From an uncultured bacterium (GTDB taxonomy: Bacteria; Patescibacteriota; Patescibacteriia; Patescibacteriales; UBA12465): a DNA stretch of 64,000 bases. Numbering within the stretch: the first letter of the stretch is position 1; every line of letters starts with the position of its first letter. Positions 26,540-36,056 of the stretch are shown in pieces. A program made the translations under genes and the position numbers. Where the stretch lies: the NCBI GenBank assembly GCA_903945435.1, contig CAJAVM010000026.1, forward strand, positions 8,311-72,310, read 5' to 3'. The notes beneath the pieces were generated by a model. That model did no database searches. It had not been told where the DNA came from and saw only the letters and a list, made by a program, of their open reading frames with translations.

Positions 26540-27679
26540 ATGAAAATTGCTCAAATAGTTTGCGCATCCCCCCCCTACTCTGGCGGAATCGGCAATAGTG
26601 CTTTTCATTTATATGAACTGCTATCCGATAAACACGAAATTATAAATTTTACTCCGGATACTCTTAGTCCTGTTTTGCGTCGTGGTCACGGAGCTTTTTT
26701 ACCTCAGCTTTTATGGAAATTAAGAGAATTTGATGTTATATACTTGCATTATCCTTTTTTTGGAACCGCCGAAGTTGTTTGGCTATTTAAAATTTTCTTT
26801 AAAAAACAAAAGCTGATTATCCATTATCACATGGATGTAAAAAATTTATCTACTCTTACTAAAATTTTAAGTTTCCCCAGCTTATTAATAAGAACATCCT
26901 TATTAAAACAAGCTGATACAATTATTACGGCTAGCCTGGATTATATAAAGCATAGCCAGATACAAAAATTCTATCATACTCATCCTGATAAATTTAAAGA
27001 AATACCTTTCGGCATCAATCTCGATATTTTTAAGCCCAAGGATTTAAATCAACCAAGCGAAACTAAAATTGTCGCTAAAACAAAAAGTTTCATCAGACGC
27101 ATCAACGAATTATTTATTAAACGAAATTGTCTTAATATAATCTTCGTCGGCGGATTAGATAAAGCTCATTATTTTAAAGGGGTTAATATTTTATTGAATG
27201 CCCTTCCCAGCCTTAATTCTCGTCGCTGGAGCTTAAAAATAGTCGGTACCGGTGATTTAAAATCAGAATATGAAAACCTAGCCGCTAGATTAAACTTGAG
27301 CTCAAGAGTAGAATTTACCGGCAAACTAAATGATGGAGATTTAATTCGTGCCTTACAAAATTCGGATTTATTAGTACTCCCTTCTACTAATAGTAATGAG
27401 GCCTTTGGCATAGTCTTAATTGAAGCATTAGCTTGTGGAGTTCCAGTTATAGCCTCAGATTTGCCCGGAGTCAGAAGTGTTTTTGAAAATCACCGCGAAG
27501 GACTACTAATAGAGCCCGGGAGTATCGAGGACTTAAACAGAAAACTAGAATTTATTTTGAAAAATGAAAGCCTACGTTTAGATATGGCTAAAGCGGCCAG
27601 AAGATTAGCTGAGAGAAAATATAACGAAAGATTGATGAAACAAAAATATGAAGATTTGCTTGCTGAACAATCTCTATAA
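26540..27679 (+). CDS. Glycosyltransferase family 4 (GT-B)
   Basis: 379 aa with the C-terminal E-x7-E region SNEAFGIVLIEALACGVPVIASDLPG. Confidence 0.85.
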   Translation: MKIAQIVCASPPYSGGIGNSAFHLYELLSDKHEIINFTPDTLSPVLRRGHGAFLPQLLWKLREFDVIYLHYPFFGTAEVVWLFKIFFKKQKLIIHYHMDVKNLSTLTKILSFPSLLIRTSLLKQADTIITASLDYIKHSQIQKFYHTHPDKFKEIPFGINLDIFKPKDLNQPSETKIVAKTKSFIRRINELFIKRNCLNIIFVGGLDKAHYFKGVNILLNALPSLNSRRWSLKIVGTGDLKSEYENLAARLNLSSRVEFTGKLNDGDLIRALQNSDLLVLPSTNSNEAFGIVLIEALACGVPVIASDLPGVRSVFENHREGLLIEPGSIEDLNRKLEFILKNESLRLDMAKAARRLAERKYNERLMKQKYEDLLAEQSL

Positions 27680-28700
27680 GCCATACAACCGAGGCGGTGC
27701 CGAAAAAGTGTTAGAAGCAATTATTGCCAAGCAACAAAAAGCGGGCAATGAGATTATTTTAATTACCACAAAGCCACAAATCCCAGCCTTAGAAGAAAAT
27801 AATGATTGTAAAACTTTCTATATAAAATCAGACTTTTATAACCTCAACCAAAAATCACTTATTACTAAACTTTTTTGGCATTTTGGTGATTTAGTTTCTT
27901 GTAAAAAATATCAAACAATATCTAAGATATTAAAAGCCGAACAGCCGGACGTGGTTGTAACTCATAATCTTATGGGTCTCGGCCTAAGAGTGGCTAAAAT
28001 AATTAAAAAATATAAGATTAAACATCACCATTTTTTGCATGATATTCAATTGCTCCATCCTTCCGGATTAATGATAAGCGGGCATGAGAAAAAAATAGAC
28101 TCTATTTTTGCTAAAATATACCAAGCAATAACCAGCTCTCTTATTGGTTCTCCGGCGTTAATTATTTCTCCTTCTAACTGGTTACTAAAGGAACACTTAA
28201 AACGTGGATTTTTCAAGACTTCAAAACAAGAAATAAAAAGACTAGAAGATGTCTTACCCCTAAATTCACCAAAAACAATAAGCCTAAATAAAAATAATAA
28301 AAATTTATTATTTATCGGTCAAATAGAAAAGCATAAAGGTATATTGTTTTTAATTACTGCCTTTAAAAAATATGCTCAACCCAATACCAAATTAAATATT
28401 GCCGGAGACGGAAGCCAACTCGAGGAAGCTAAACTACTGGCAAGTAGCGATAACCGTATTAATATTTTAGGCAGACTAGGCAAAGCAGAATTAGAAAAAC
28501 TAATGTCAGAATCAAATATATTAATTATGCCATCGTTATGCTATGAAAATTATCCCATGGTAATTGTCGAAGCAAAAAATGCTAGCCTATCAGTTATTGC
28601 ATCAAATATCGGCGGCGTACCAGAAATGACTGATTCTCGCGATTTACTTTTCGCTCCTGGAGATGCTAAGGATTTATTTAAACAAATAAACAAAGTTTAA
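27648..28700 (+). CDS. Glycosyltransferase family 4 (GT-B)
   Basis: 350 aa with N-terminal MKICLLNNLYKPYNRGGAEKV and C-terminal CYENYPMVIVEAKNASLSVIASNIGG. It has a 32-nt overlap with the upstream GT4. Confidence 0.85.
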   Translation: MKICLLNNLYKPYNRGGAEKVLEAIIAKQQKAGNEIILITTKPQIPALEENNDCKTFYIKSDFYNLNQKSLITKLFWHFGDLVSCKKYQTISKILKAEQPDVVVTHNLMGLGLRVAKIIKKYKIKHHHFLHDIQLLHPSGLMISGHEKKIDSIFAKIYQAITSSLIGSPALIISPSNWLLKEHLKRGFFKTSKQEIKRLEDVLPLNSPKTISLNKNNKNLLFIGQIEKHKGILFLITAFKKYAQPNTKLNIAGDGSQLEEAKLLASSDNRINILGRLGKAELEKLMSESNILIMPSLCYENYPMVIVEAKNASLSVIASNIGGVPEMTDSRDLLFAPGDAKDLFKQINKV

Positions 28701-28718
28701 AATACCAAAATTCCACAT

Positions 28719-28746
28719 AAAAAATCGGGTTTAAACCCGATTTTTT
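28719..28746. terminator. Perfect palindromic bidirectional terminator
   Basis: AAAAAAUCGGGUUU|AAACCCGAUUUUUU lies between convergent GT4 and SDR genes. Confidence 0.75.
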
Positions 28747-28748
28747 AA

Positions 28749-29774
28749 TTAATATGAGCTAAACTGTTGTAATTTTTTCTGAGCCTTGATATCAAAGATA
28801 GTTTTGCGCAAACCATTCTCTAAAGTAACAACTGGCATCCAGCTTAATTCATTACGAGCCAAATGAATATCCGGCAATATCAACTCCGTCATAAAAATAT
28901 GATTATCAGTATGAACTATTGTTGATTTAGAACCGATCTCTTTTACAATAACATCAACTAAATCAACCATTTTGCAATCAACATCCGACCCAATATTAAT
29001 TGGACCTACAAGCTCAGAATTCATTACCTTAAAAATTGCATCTAAAACATCTTCAATGTAACAAAAAGATGAAGAGAAGTTTTCATCACCGCTTACAACT
29101 ATTTCTTTATCCTCTAAAGCATTATTGATAAAATCTGGTATCATTTGACCATCATCTGATTGCATTCTAGGACCATAAACTCTAAACAGTCTAATTATTT
29201 TAGCATCTAAATTATAAATAGATCGATAAGTAGTAACTATTGTTTCAGCAAAACGTTTCCCTTCGTCATAAGCGGCCCTATCCGTAGTATGGTCAACTAA
29301 ACCCAAATCCGTCTCTCTCGCTTTAAAACTAACATTATCAACACGGCGAGGACCATAAACAACTGAAGAAGAAATGTGTAAAAATTTCGCATTATAACCA
29401 ACAGCTAAATCTAACAAATTTTTAACCACCGAGGAATTAGCTTCTAAAATAGCAATGCGATTATCTAAAAAATTACGAGGAGACATCGGACAAGCTAAAT
29501 TAAATATTTCTTGTATCCCTTGAAATTCTAATTTAAATTTCTTTAATTCTGGTAAAGTAGCCAAGTCAATAACTTTAGAAAAATCATGATTAATAAACAC
29601 AAAATCAGGATTAGCTAATAAATGATCAATATTTCTTTCGTTCCCAGAAATGAAATTATCAACACAAATGACTTTACATGTTTTAATTAGCTCATCACAT
29701 AAATGCGAGCCGATAAACCCTGCGCCACCAGCAACTAAAACATTTTTTTTATCAAAAATTACTTTCTTTGGCAT
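28749..29774 (-). CDS. NAD-dependent sugar-nucleotide SDR, UDP-glucuronate decarboxylase (UDP-xylose synthase)-like
   Basis: GGAGFIGSHL Rossmann motif, VDNFISGNERNI, and YDEGKR (catalytic YxxxK). Confidence 0.8.
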   Translation of the reverse strand: MPKKVIFDKKNVLVAGGAGFIGSHLCDELIKTCKVICVDNFISGNERNIDHLLANPDFVFINHDFSKVIDLATLPELKKFKLEFQGIQEIFNLACPMSPRNFLDNRIAILEANSSVVKNLLDLAVGYNAKFLHISSSVVYGPRRVDNVSFKARETDLGLVDHTTDRAAYDEGKRFAETIVTTYRSIYNLDAKIIRLFRVYGPRMQSDDGQMIPDFINNALEDKEIVVSGDENFSSSFCYIEDVLDAIFKVMNSELVGPINIGSDVDCKMVDLVDVIVKEIGSKSTIVHTDNHIFMTELILPDIHLARNELSWMPVVTLENGLRKTIFDIKAQKKLQQFSSY

Positions 29775-29778
29775 ATAA

Positions 29779-31803
29779 TTAATTATTTATTTTTATTATA
29801 CCGGCATTAACACCTCCATTAAAGTTTTCCGCAAAAGCATAAAAAGACTCTAATATCATGCCGGCCATATCAAAAATTCTTACATGAGGAGCCGCACCCC
29901 GATAAGCACTTAAAACAATTTCCGATATTCCATCACTATTAATATCTCCGGCAGATAATTGAACTCCGCCCTGCCAATTTCTACCATAACCTAAAAACTG
30001 ATTTTTTAACTTAGCGCGATTATTAAAAATCTTAATCATTGGTTCGCGCCCCGTTCCTGGGGCCACAATAATTTCTGCTTTATTATGATCTTTACGGCCA
30101 TCTAAGTTAGCAACAGCGACATTAACGCCACCACGGAATTTCTTTTCATAGGCTAAAAATACACCAATCAATTTACCATCCGTATTATATATTCTTACTT
30201 GAGGCTCACTTCCTGGGCCGTAACCAACAATAATTTCAGAACCACTCTTGCCATCAATATTACCAGAGGCAACATTTAATCCTCCACGCCATTCCTTAGA
30301 ACCAGCTAAAAATTTATTTTTTAAAACTCCCTTATTATTAAAAATTTGAATTTGTGCACTACCAGCAGAAGCCGAAGATACAATAATATCTTTTGCACCG
30401 TTATTGTCTGAGTCCAACAAAGCAACATTTAATCCTCCACGAAATTTTTTATCGCCTACTATAAAACTGTTTAGCAATCTCCCCTTATTACTAATTATTT
30501 TTATTCTTGGCTCATCACCTTGCACCGCACCGATAATTATTTCTTCGTCACCATCATCATTAATATCTCCAGCAACAAAACTAGCTCCGCTTTTCATAAT
30601 TCCGGCCGGTAAATTATAAACTTCATCACCATTAGCAGCAACAATCTTTATTTTATTTTCTAAAGTAGCCGGAATAATGATTAATCTTCCAGAATTATTA
30701 TATAATTTTTCTTTTGCCATCTCAACGGCTCGATCAACATTTAAGCGCCCATTACCAAGTTGGCCCAGATAATCAGGATTTAAACGACTAATATTATCAG
30801 ATGATGCAAATAAAATATTAACTGTTTCTCGACGACTAAGCTCTGGATTAGCTTGTTGAATCAAGGCTAGCGTTGCTGAGACTAAGGGAGCGGCCATCGA
30901 AGTTCCAGACCAATAGCCATCATATTCTATATTCAAACCATTTTGCGAATTATTAGTAACTGTATTAAAAAAACTAATTCCCGGAGCGGCTATATCTACG
31001 CAACTAAAGCCATAACTAGAGAATCTTGATTTTTGATCAAGAGCATCAGTAGCCGCGACGCCAATAACCATATTTTCGCCAATCATTTTTCCATCATAAC
31101 AAGCTGGATAAATTTTATTTTTATCAATATTATAACCTTCGCCACCCGCTTGCTCATTTCCAGCAGCCGCAACTATCATTACTCCCGCAGAATGAGCACG
31201 ATAAATAGCCTCTTGCAAACCCTCACTATAGTTAAAACTTACAAAACTTAAATTTATAATATCAGCACCATTATTAATAGCATAATCAATCGCCCTAATC
31301 ACATCGCTAACTTTTCCCTCGCCTTTATCATTAAGCGCTTTAAGAGCCATAATTCTAGCTCTCCAAGTTACACCAGAGACTCCTTTGCCATTATTACCAC
31401 GGGCAGCAATAATACCCGCCACCATAGTCCCATGAGAAATTCCTGCCTCAGTCCAATCTGGAGAAAATTTCGGTGACGGGTCGGGGGTATTATTAGCAAA
31501 ATCCCAGCCATTTGCATCATCAACAAAACCATTTTGGTCGTTATCTATTCCATCTTTAGGTATTTCTTCAATATTTTTCCAAATATTATCAACTAAATCT
31601 GAATGATTGATTTGGATTCCTGAATCAATAACTGCAATCACAGAATCTGGACTTTCGGAAACCTTTTCCCAGGCAATATCCGCTTTAATCTTAGACAAAT
31701 ACCATTGATTACCAAATAAAGGATCATTGGGTGTTATGCTAGCCGAAACCGGCCCAGCCAAGGCAAAAAATAATATAAAAAAAGATGTTACTATTTTATT
31801 CAT
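29779..31803 (-). CDS. Secreted subtilisin-family (S8) peptidase with C-terminal FG-GAP-like repeat domain
   Basis: The signal peptide MNKIVTSFFILFFALAGPVSA starts at ATG 31803. The catalytic triad contexts are AVIDSGI, HGTMVAGII and GTSMAAPLV. About 5 C-terminal repeats of ~50 aa follow (GDINDDG..EII...P.I.IF...G....F........GG.NVA). Confidence 0.88.
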   Translation of the reverse strand: MNKIVTSFFILFFALAGPVSASITPNDPLFGNQWYLSKIKADIAWEKVSESPDSVIAVIDSGIQINHSDLVDNIWKNIEEIPKDGIDNDQNGFVDDANGWDFANNTPDPSPKFSPDWTEAGISHGTMVAGIIAARGNNGKGVSGVTWRARIMALKALNDKGEGKVSDVIRAIDYAINNGADIINLSFVSFNYSEGLQEAIYRAHSAGVMIVAAAGNEQAGGEGYNIDKNKIYPACYDGKMIGENMVIGVAATDALDQKSRFSSYGFSCVDIAAPGISFFNTVTNNSQNGLNIEYDGYWSGTSMAAPLVSATLALIQQANPELSRRETVNILFASSDNISRLNPDYLGQLGNGRLNVDRAVEMAKEKLYNNSGRLIIIPATLENKIKIVAANGDEVYNLPAGIMKSGASFVAGDINDDGDEEIIIGAVQGDEPRIKIISNKGRLLNSFIVGDKKFRGGLNVALLDSDNNGAKDIIVSSASAGSAQIQIFNNKGVLKNKFLAGSKEWRGGLNVASGNIDGKSGSEIIVGYGPGSEPQVRIYNTDGKLIGVFLAYEKKFRGGVNVAVANLDGRKDHNKAEIIVAPGTGREPMIKIFNNRAKLKNQFLGYGRNWQGGVQLSAGDINSDGISEIVLSAYRGAAPHVRIFDMAGMILESFYAFAENFNGGVNAGIIKINN

Positions 31804-31859
31804 ATAACATCTATATAGTACCACAAAATATCCTTTTTACAAACCACGAAAAAGTTATT

Positions 31860-33071
31860 CTATGTATCTAATATTTCTTTTAAAGTTTCGCGGGCACACT
31901 TTTCCCAATTGAAATCCTGGACCCTATTTAAACCATTATTTACTAATTCTGTTCGCAAATCTTTATTTAAAATAATCCTCGCCATAGCCTCGGAAATAGA
32001 TTTTTTATCATTTTGGTTAAAATATAAAACAGCATCACCAGCAACTTCTTTAAAAACAGGAATATCAGAAACAGCCGTTGGTACACCACAAGCTAGAGCC
32101 TGTAAAATTGGAATACCAAAACCTTCATGTTTAGAAGGAAAAATAAAAGCACTGGCACTATTAAAAATAAAAGGCATATCTTCCTCCGCTACCCAGCCAG
32201 GCATAATTACCTCATTGTTAAGATTAAACTCCTCGATAACATATTTAACCTCATCATATCCAAAGCTAGCATCACCAATAAGCACCATCTTTTCTTTTAT
32301 TTCTGGATAGCTCTCTTTTAACATTGCTAAAGCTTCAATCAAGGCGGGAGTATTTTTCTTTTTCTCTAAACGTCCTACGTAAAGAAAATAAGGAGCTTCT
32401 AAACCATATTTTTCTAAAACCTCATTAATTTTATCTTGACGACGATCTAATTTATAAAGCTCAGAATTATAGCCATTATGTACAACAGAAATCCTATCCT
32501 GTTTCGTTTTAGGATAAAAAGTTAATATTTCTTGTTTAGTAAAATTAGAAACTGTAATAATTTTTCTTGCTTTACGCAAAGCAAAATCAGTTGACCAATA
32601 TAAATAATCCAAAGACTCGGAATGATATTTGCCAAGTGTAAATATTCTAATAAGAAATTCAATAATTTTTTTAGAAAGTGCTCTATCAGTTTTTACGCTT
32701 TCAGAGCGATATAAATTACGATCGCAAGTAAAAGCAATATCGTGAATAGTATTTATTGTTCTCTTGGGGTAACAAAGAGGCATGGTGTGTGCCGGAATAA
32801 ACAGAATATCCGGCTTATTAAAAATCATTTCTAAAGTTAAACGACCTAAAGTCCAAAAAGAATAAAATGGCCAATTTAAAATCTTCAACGAAAAATTAAC
32901 GTTTTTCTCAATTGCTGACTGTAATTCAGCTGATGGCAGTTTATTTAAATAAAGAATATATTTATTTTCTTTATCAATATCAGCTAAATTTTTTATTAAG
33001 TAAAAAGAGTACCATTCGGTACCAGTCTTTCTTCTTAAATTAGCCCTTGAGGCGTCTATACCTATTATCAT
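31860..33071 (-). CDS. Glycosyltransferase family 4 (GT-B)
   Basis: 403 aa with the E-x7-E region PSKHEGFGIPILQALACGVPTAVSDIP. Confidence 0.85.
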   Translation of the reverse strand: MIIGIDASRANLRRKTGTEWYSFYLIKNLADIDKENKYILYLNKLPSAELQSAIEKNVNFSLKILNWPFYSFWTLGRLTLEMIFNKPDILFIPAHTMPLCYPKRTINTIHDIAFTCDRNLYRSESVKTDRALSKKIIEFLIRIFTLGKYHSESLDYLYWSTDFALRKARKIITVSNFTKQEILTFYPKTKQDRISVVHNGYNSELYKLDRRQDKINEVLEKYGLEAPYFLYVGRLEKKKNTPALIEALAMLKESYPEIKEKMVLIGDASFGYDEVKYVIEEFNLNNEVIMPGWVAEEDMPFIFNSASAFIFPSKHEGFGIPILQALACGVPTAVSDIPVFKEVAGDAVLYFNQNDKKSISEAMARIILNKDLRTELVNNGLNRVQDFNWEKCARETLKEILDT

Positions 33072-33080
33072 AAATAAACA

Positions 33081-33105
33081 ACAGCTAACTATAATAGTTA
33101 GCTGT
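33081..33105 (-). terminator. Hairpin directly after the mreB paralogue stop and 9 nt before the GT4 start
   Basis: ACAGCUAACUA-(3 nt)-UAGUUAGCUGU forms an 11-bp stem, followed on the minus strand by a U-rich tract. Confidence 0.5.
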
Positions 33106-34113
33106 TTATTTTGTCGCTAAGATACTTCTCTTATATGAATCTAAGTTATCTAATGCTATACCAGTTCCCTTGGCCACACAAAGCATGGCGTCGTCAGCAA
33201 CATAAGCCGGAACCCCAGTAGTACGAGCTATGAGTTGGTCCATATTGCGTAACAGCGAGCTCCCTCCAGTCAAAACTATCCCCTTATCCATGATATCAGC
33301 TGATAATTCTGGGGGAGTTTTTTGTAATACTTTTTTAGCAGCCGACATGATTGCTTCAAGCTCATGTTGAATTGCTTCGGTCACGTCATCACTAGAAACA
33401 GTAATGCTTCGTGGTAATCCAGTAACTATATCACGACCACGAACTTCCATATGCAATTTATCTTCCATATAGAGCGCTGAGCCAATATTGATTTTTATTT
33501 CTTCAGCCGTTCTTTCGCCAATTGCTAAATTATATTTTTTTCTAACATATTCTAAAACTGCCGCATCAAATTTATTCCCTCCAACTCTTACTGAGGTAGA
33601 GGCGACAACACCGCCTAAAGATATAACCGCCATTTCCGCAGTTCCTCCGCCAATATCAATTACCATGTGACCAGTTGCTGAACCAATTGGGATATCCGCT
33701 CCAATTGCTGCAGCGACTGGCTCTTTAATAATATAAGCTGCTTTAGCGCCAGCAGCGATAGTTGCTTCAATAACAGCTCGTCTTTCAGTAGAAGATATGC
33801 CAGCAGGAACAGCAACCATAACCTCAGGCCTAAACAAGCGTATTCCACCCAAAGTTTTATTTATAAAGTATCTAATCATCGCTTCAGTTGCACGATAATC
33901 AGCAATAACCCCATCTTTTAGGGGTTTAACCGCCATAATTGTATCAGGTGTTCGGCCCAACATATCCTTTGCCTCATTACCAACAGCTAGAATTTTTTTA
34001 TCGGCAATAGAAACCGCGACCACACTTGGTTCATTAACAACAATCCCGCGCCTTGGCAGATAAACTAAAGTATAGGTTGTTCCTAAATCGATACCGATTT
34101 GTTTTATAAACAT
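33106..34113 (-). CDS. MreB-family actin-like protein (second paralogue)
   Basis: 335 aa with IGIDLGTTYTLVY, DIGGGTAEMAVISLGG and GIVLTGGSSLLRN. By eye, about half of the positions are identical to the mreBCD-linked copy. Confidence 0.9.
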   Translation of the reverse strand: MFIKQIGIDLGTTYTLVYLPRRGIVVNEPSVVAVSIADKKILAVGNEAKDMLGRTPDTIMAVKPLKDGVIADYRATEAMIRYFINKTLGGIRLFRPEVMVAVPAGISSTERRAVIEATIAAGAKAAYIIKEPVAAAIGADIPIGSATGHMVIDIGGGTAEMAVISLGGVVASTSVRVGGNKFDAAVLEYVRKKYNLAIGERTAEEIKINIGSALYMEDKLHMEVRGRDIVTGLPRSITVSSDDVTEAIQHELEAIMSAAKKVLQKTPPELSADIMDKGIVLTGGSSLLRNMDQLIARTTGVPAYVADDAMLCVAKGTGIALDNLDSYKRSILATK

Positions 34114-34171
34114 AAGATGTATTACAAGTAGCTATTTTAGACCTTGGCAACCGTTAAGTCAATCCGTAAAA

Positions 34172-34606
34172 TTAGTCAATTGACTGCTCATCATCGTCAT
34201 CATCCTCATCTCTTGATTTTTCTTGATTACTAATTATCTTAATTACCTTCTCGGCAAATTGAAAAGTATCAAAATCATCTTTAAAGAAAACATAATCTGC
34301 CCCCATTTCCAAACTGCGATGGCGACTATCCTCATCACTTAAGTCAGTAAAAATAAAAATTTCTTTATCACTTAACTCATCGTCTGATTTAATTTTTTTA
34401 ACAATTTCAAAGCCATCAATCTTCGGTAAAATAATATCTAAAACGATATAGTCTGGCTGAAACTCTCTTAAATTATCAAGTAATTCTTCTGCGTCTTCTT
34501 CCGCCTCGCTAACTTCTACCTCTAAACCGGCCGCAGAGAATTGAGCCTCTAACCCGTAGAGAATATTAGCATCGTCTTCGATAATGAATATTTTTTTGTC
34601 AGTCAT
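34172..34606 (-). CDS. Stand-alone response-regulator receiver domain with poly-acidic tail
   Basis: 144 aa with IFIIEDD, the phospho-acceptor context YIVLDIILPKIDG, IFIFTD and FFKDD. The tail is SRDEDDDDDEQSID, and there is no output domain. Confidence 0.85.
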   Translation of the reverse strand: MTDKKIFIIEDDANILYGLEAQFSAAGLEVEVSEAEEDAEELLDNLREFQPDYIVLDIILPKIDGFEIVKKIKSDDELSDKEIFIFTDLSDEDSRHRSLEMGADYVFFKDDFDTFQFAEKVIKIISNQEKSRDEDDDDDEQSID

Positions 34607-34616
34607 ATTATTTTAA

Positions 34617-35585
34617 TTATTTAGTTTTTATTTTTTTCCACCAATCCTGATTATTTTTATACCACTCAACTGTGGCAATGATACCGCTTTCAAAAGTATA
34701 ACGAGGATTAAAACCTAGTTCATTTTTAGTTTTTGAAAAATCGATAGCATATCTTAAATCATGGCCAAGTCTATCGGCAACATATTCAACCATAGACTTA
34801 TCTTCGCCCATTAATTCTAAGATCTTCTCCGTAATTTCTAAATTATTTTTTTCACTATTTCCACCCAAACAATATGTTTCCCCAATACGACCACTTTTGA
34901 TAATTAAATCAACTCCATAATTATGATCATCAACATGTATCCAGTCGCGAACATTAAGACCGCTGCCATAAAGAGGGACTTTCTTCCCTTCTATTAAATT
35001 AGTAATAAAAAGCGGAATAATTTTTTCTGGATATTGATATGGACCATAATTATTGGAGCAATTAGAAATTGTGATTGGTAATTTATAAGTATGAAAATAA
35101 GCTCGGACAAGATGATCGCTAGCAGCTTTAGAAGCACTATAAGGAGACCGCGGATCGTATGGAGTCCTTTCGTTAAACTTACCACCATTTAATTCTAGGG
35201 CACCAAAAACCTCATCAGTAGAGATATGATGGAATCTTATACCGCCATTATTTTTAGCAGCTTCTAGTAAGACGCGAGTTCCCTCAACATTAGTCTTAAT
35301 AAAATCAGCACTATTTTTAATTGATCTATCGACATGACTCTCAGCAGCAAAATGAACAATTAAATCCACATCGCTTACTACTTTTTCAACCAAAACTGAA
35401 TCGCAGATATCCCCCTGAATAAATTCGTAATTATTATTTTCAGATATATCTTTTAAATTATCTAAATTCCCAGCATAAGTTAAAAGATCAAGATTTTTAA
35501 TCTTATCTTCTGGATATTTTTCCAACCAATATCTAATAAAATTGGAGCCGATAAAACCAGCACCACCAGTAACAAGTAACTTCAT
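34617..35585 (-). CDS. rfbB: dTDP-glucose 4,6-dehydratase
   Basis: MKLLVTGGAGFIGSNF, HFAAESHVDRS and YSASKAASDHLVRAY. Confidence 0.92.
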   Translation of the reverse strand: MKLLVTGGAGFIGSNFIRYWLEKYPEDKIKNLDLLTYAGNLDNLKDISENNNYEFIQGDICDSVLVEKVVSDVDLIVHFAAESHVDRSIKNSADFIKTNVEGTRVLLEAAKNNGGIRFHHISTDEVFGALELNGGKFNERTPYDPRSPYSASKAASDHLVRAYFHTYKLPITISNCSNNYGPYQYPEKIIPLFITNLIEGKKVPLYGSGLNVRDWIHVDDHNYGVDLIIKSGRIGETYCLGGNSEKNNLEITEKILELMGEDKSMVEYVADRLGHDLRYAIDFSKTKNELGFNPRYTFESGIIATVEWYKNNQDWWKKIKTK

Positions 35586-35603
35586 AATAACTATATAAAT
35601 TTT

Positions 35604-36056
35604 TTATTTTATCTGATAAGGACTTTCCGGATCTTTTTCCCATCGAATCTCATCCACTTCTTCTTGTTTACCAACTCCTTTATACAATTTATCTGGAAAG
35701 TTTAAACTTAAAGCCGGGATATCAGAGATACATTTATAACCATGAACTACACCAGGAGGAACAATTACTAAAAGTGGACATTTATCACCTACTTCAATTT
35801 CCATTTTTTCACCTTTAGTTTCCGAGTTATCACGTCTATCCCAAAGATAAAGCATAAAACTGCCTGGTCCAAAAAACACGAAACAGTCGCTCTGATAGAC
35901 ATGTTCATGGGGGCCACGAATCACGCCCGGATTCGTAAAACTAGCATAAGCCATAACGCCCTTAAAATCAAGCTCATCATCGCGAAACAATTCAGCTAAA
36001 AACCCCCTATCGTCATGGTTTTTAACTATTTCTCTTATTATTACGTCTTTAATCAT
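35604..36056 (-). CDS. RmlC-like cupin (dTDP-4-dehydrorhamnose 3,5-epimerase family, short form)
   Basis: 150 aa with DDRGFLAELF, VIRGPHEH and VPPGVVHGY. It lies next to rfbB. Confidence 0.7.
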   Translation of the reverse strand: MIKDVIIREIVKNHDDRGFLAELFRDDELDFKGVMAYASFTNPGVIRGPHEHVYQSDCFVFFGPGSFMLYLWDRRDNSETKGEKMEIEVGDKCPLLVIVPPGVVHGYKCISDIPALSLNFPDKLYKGVGKQEEVDEIRWEKDPESPYQIK

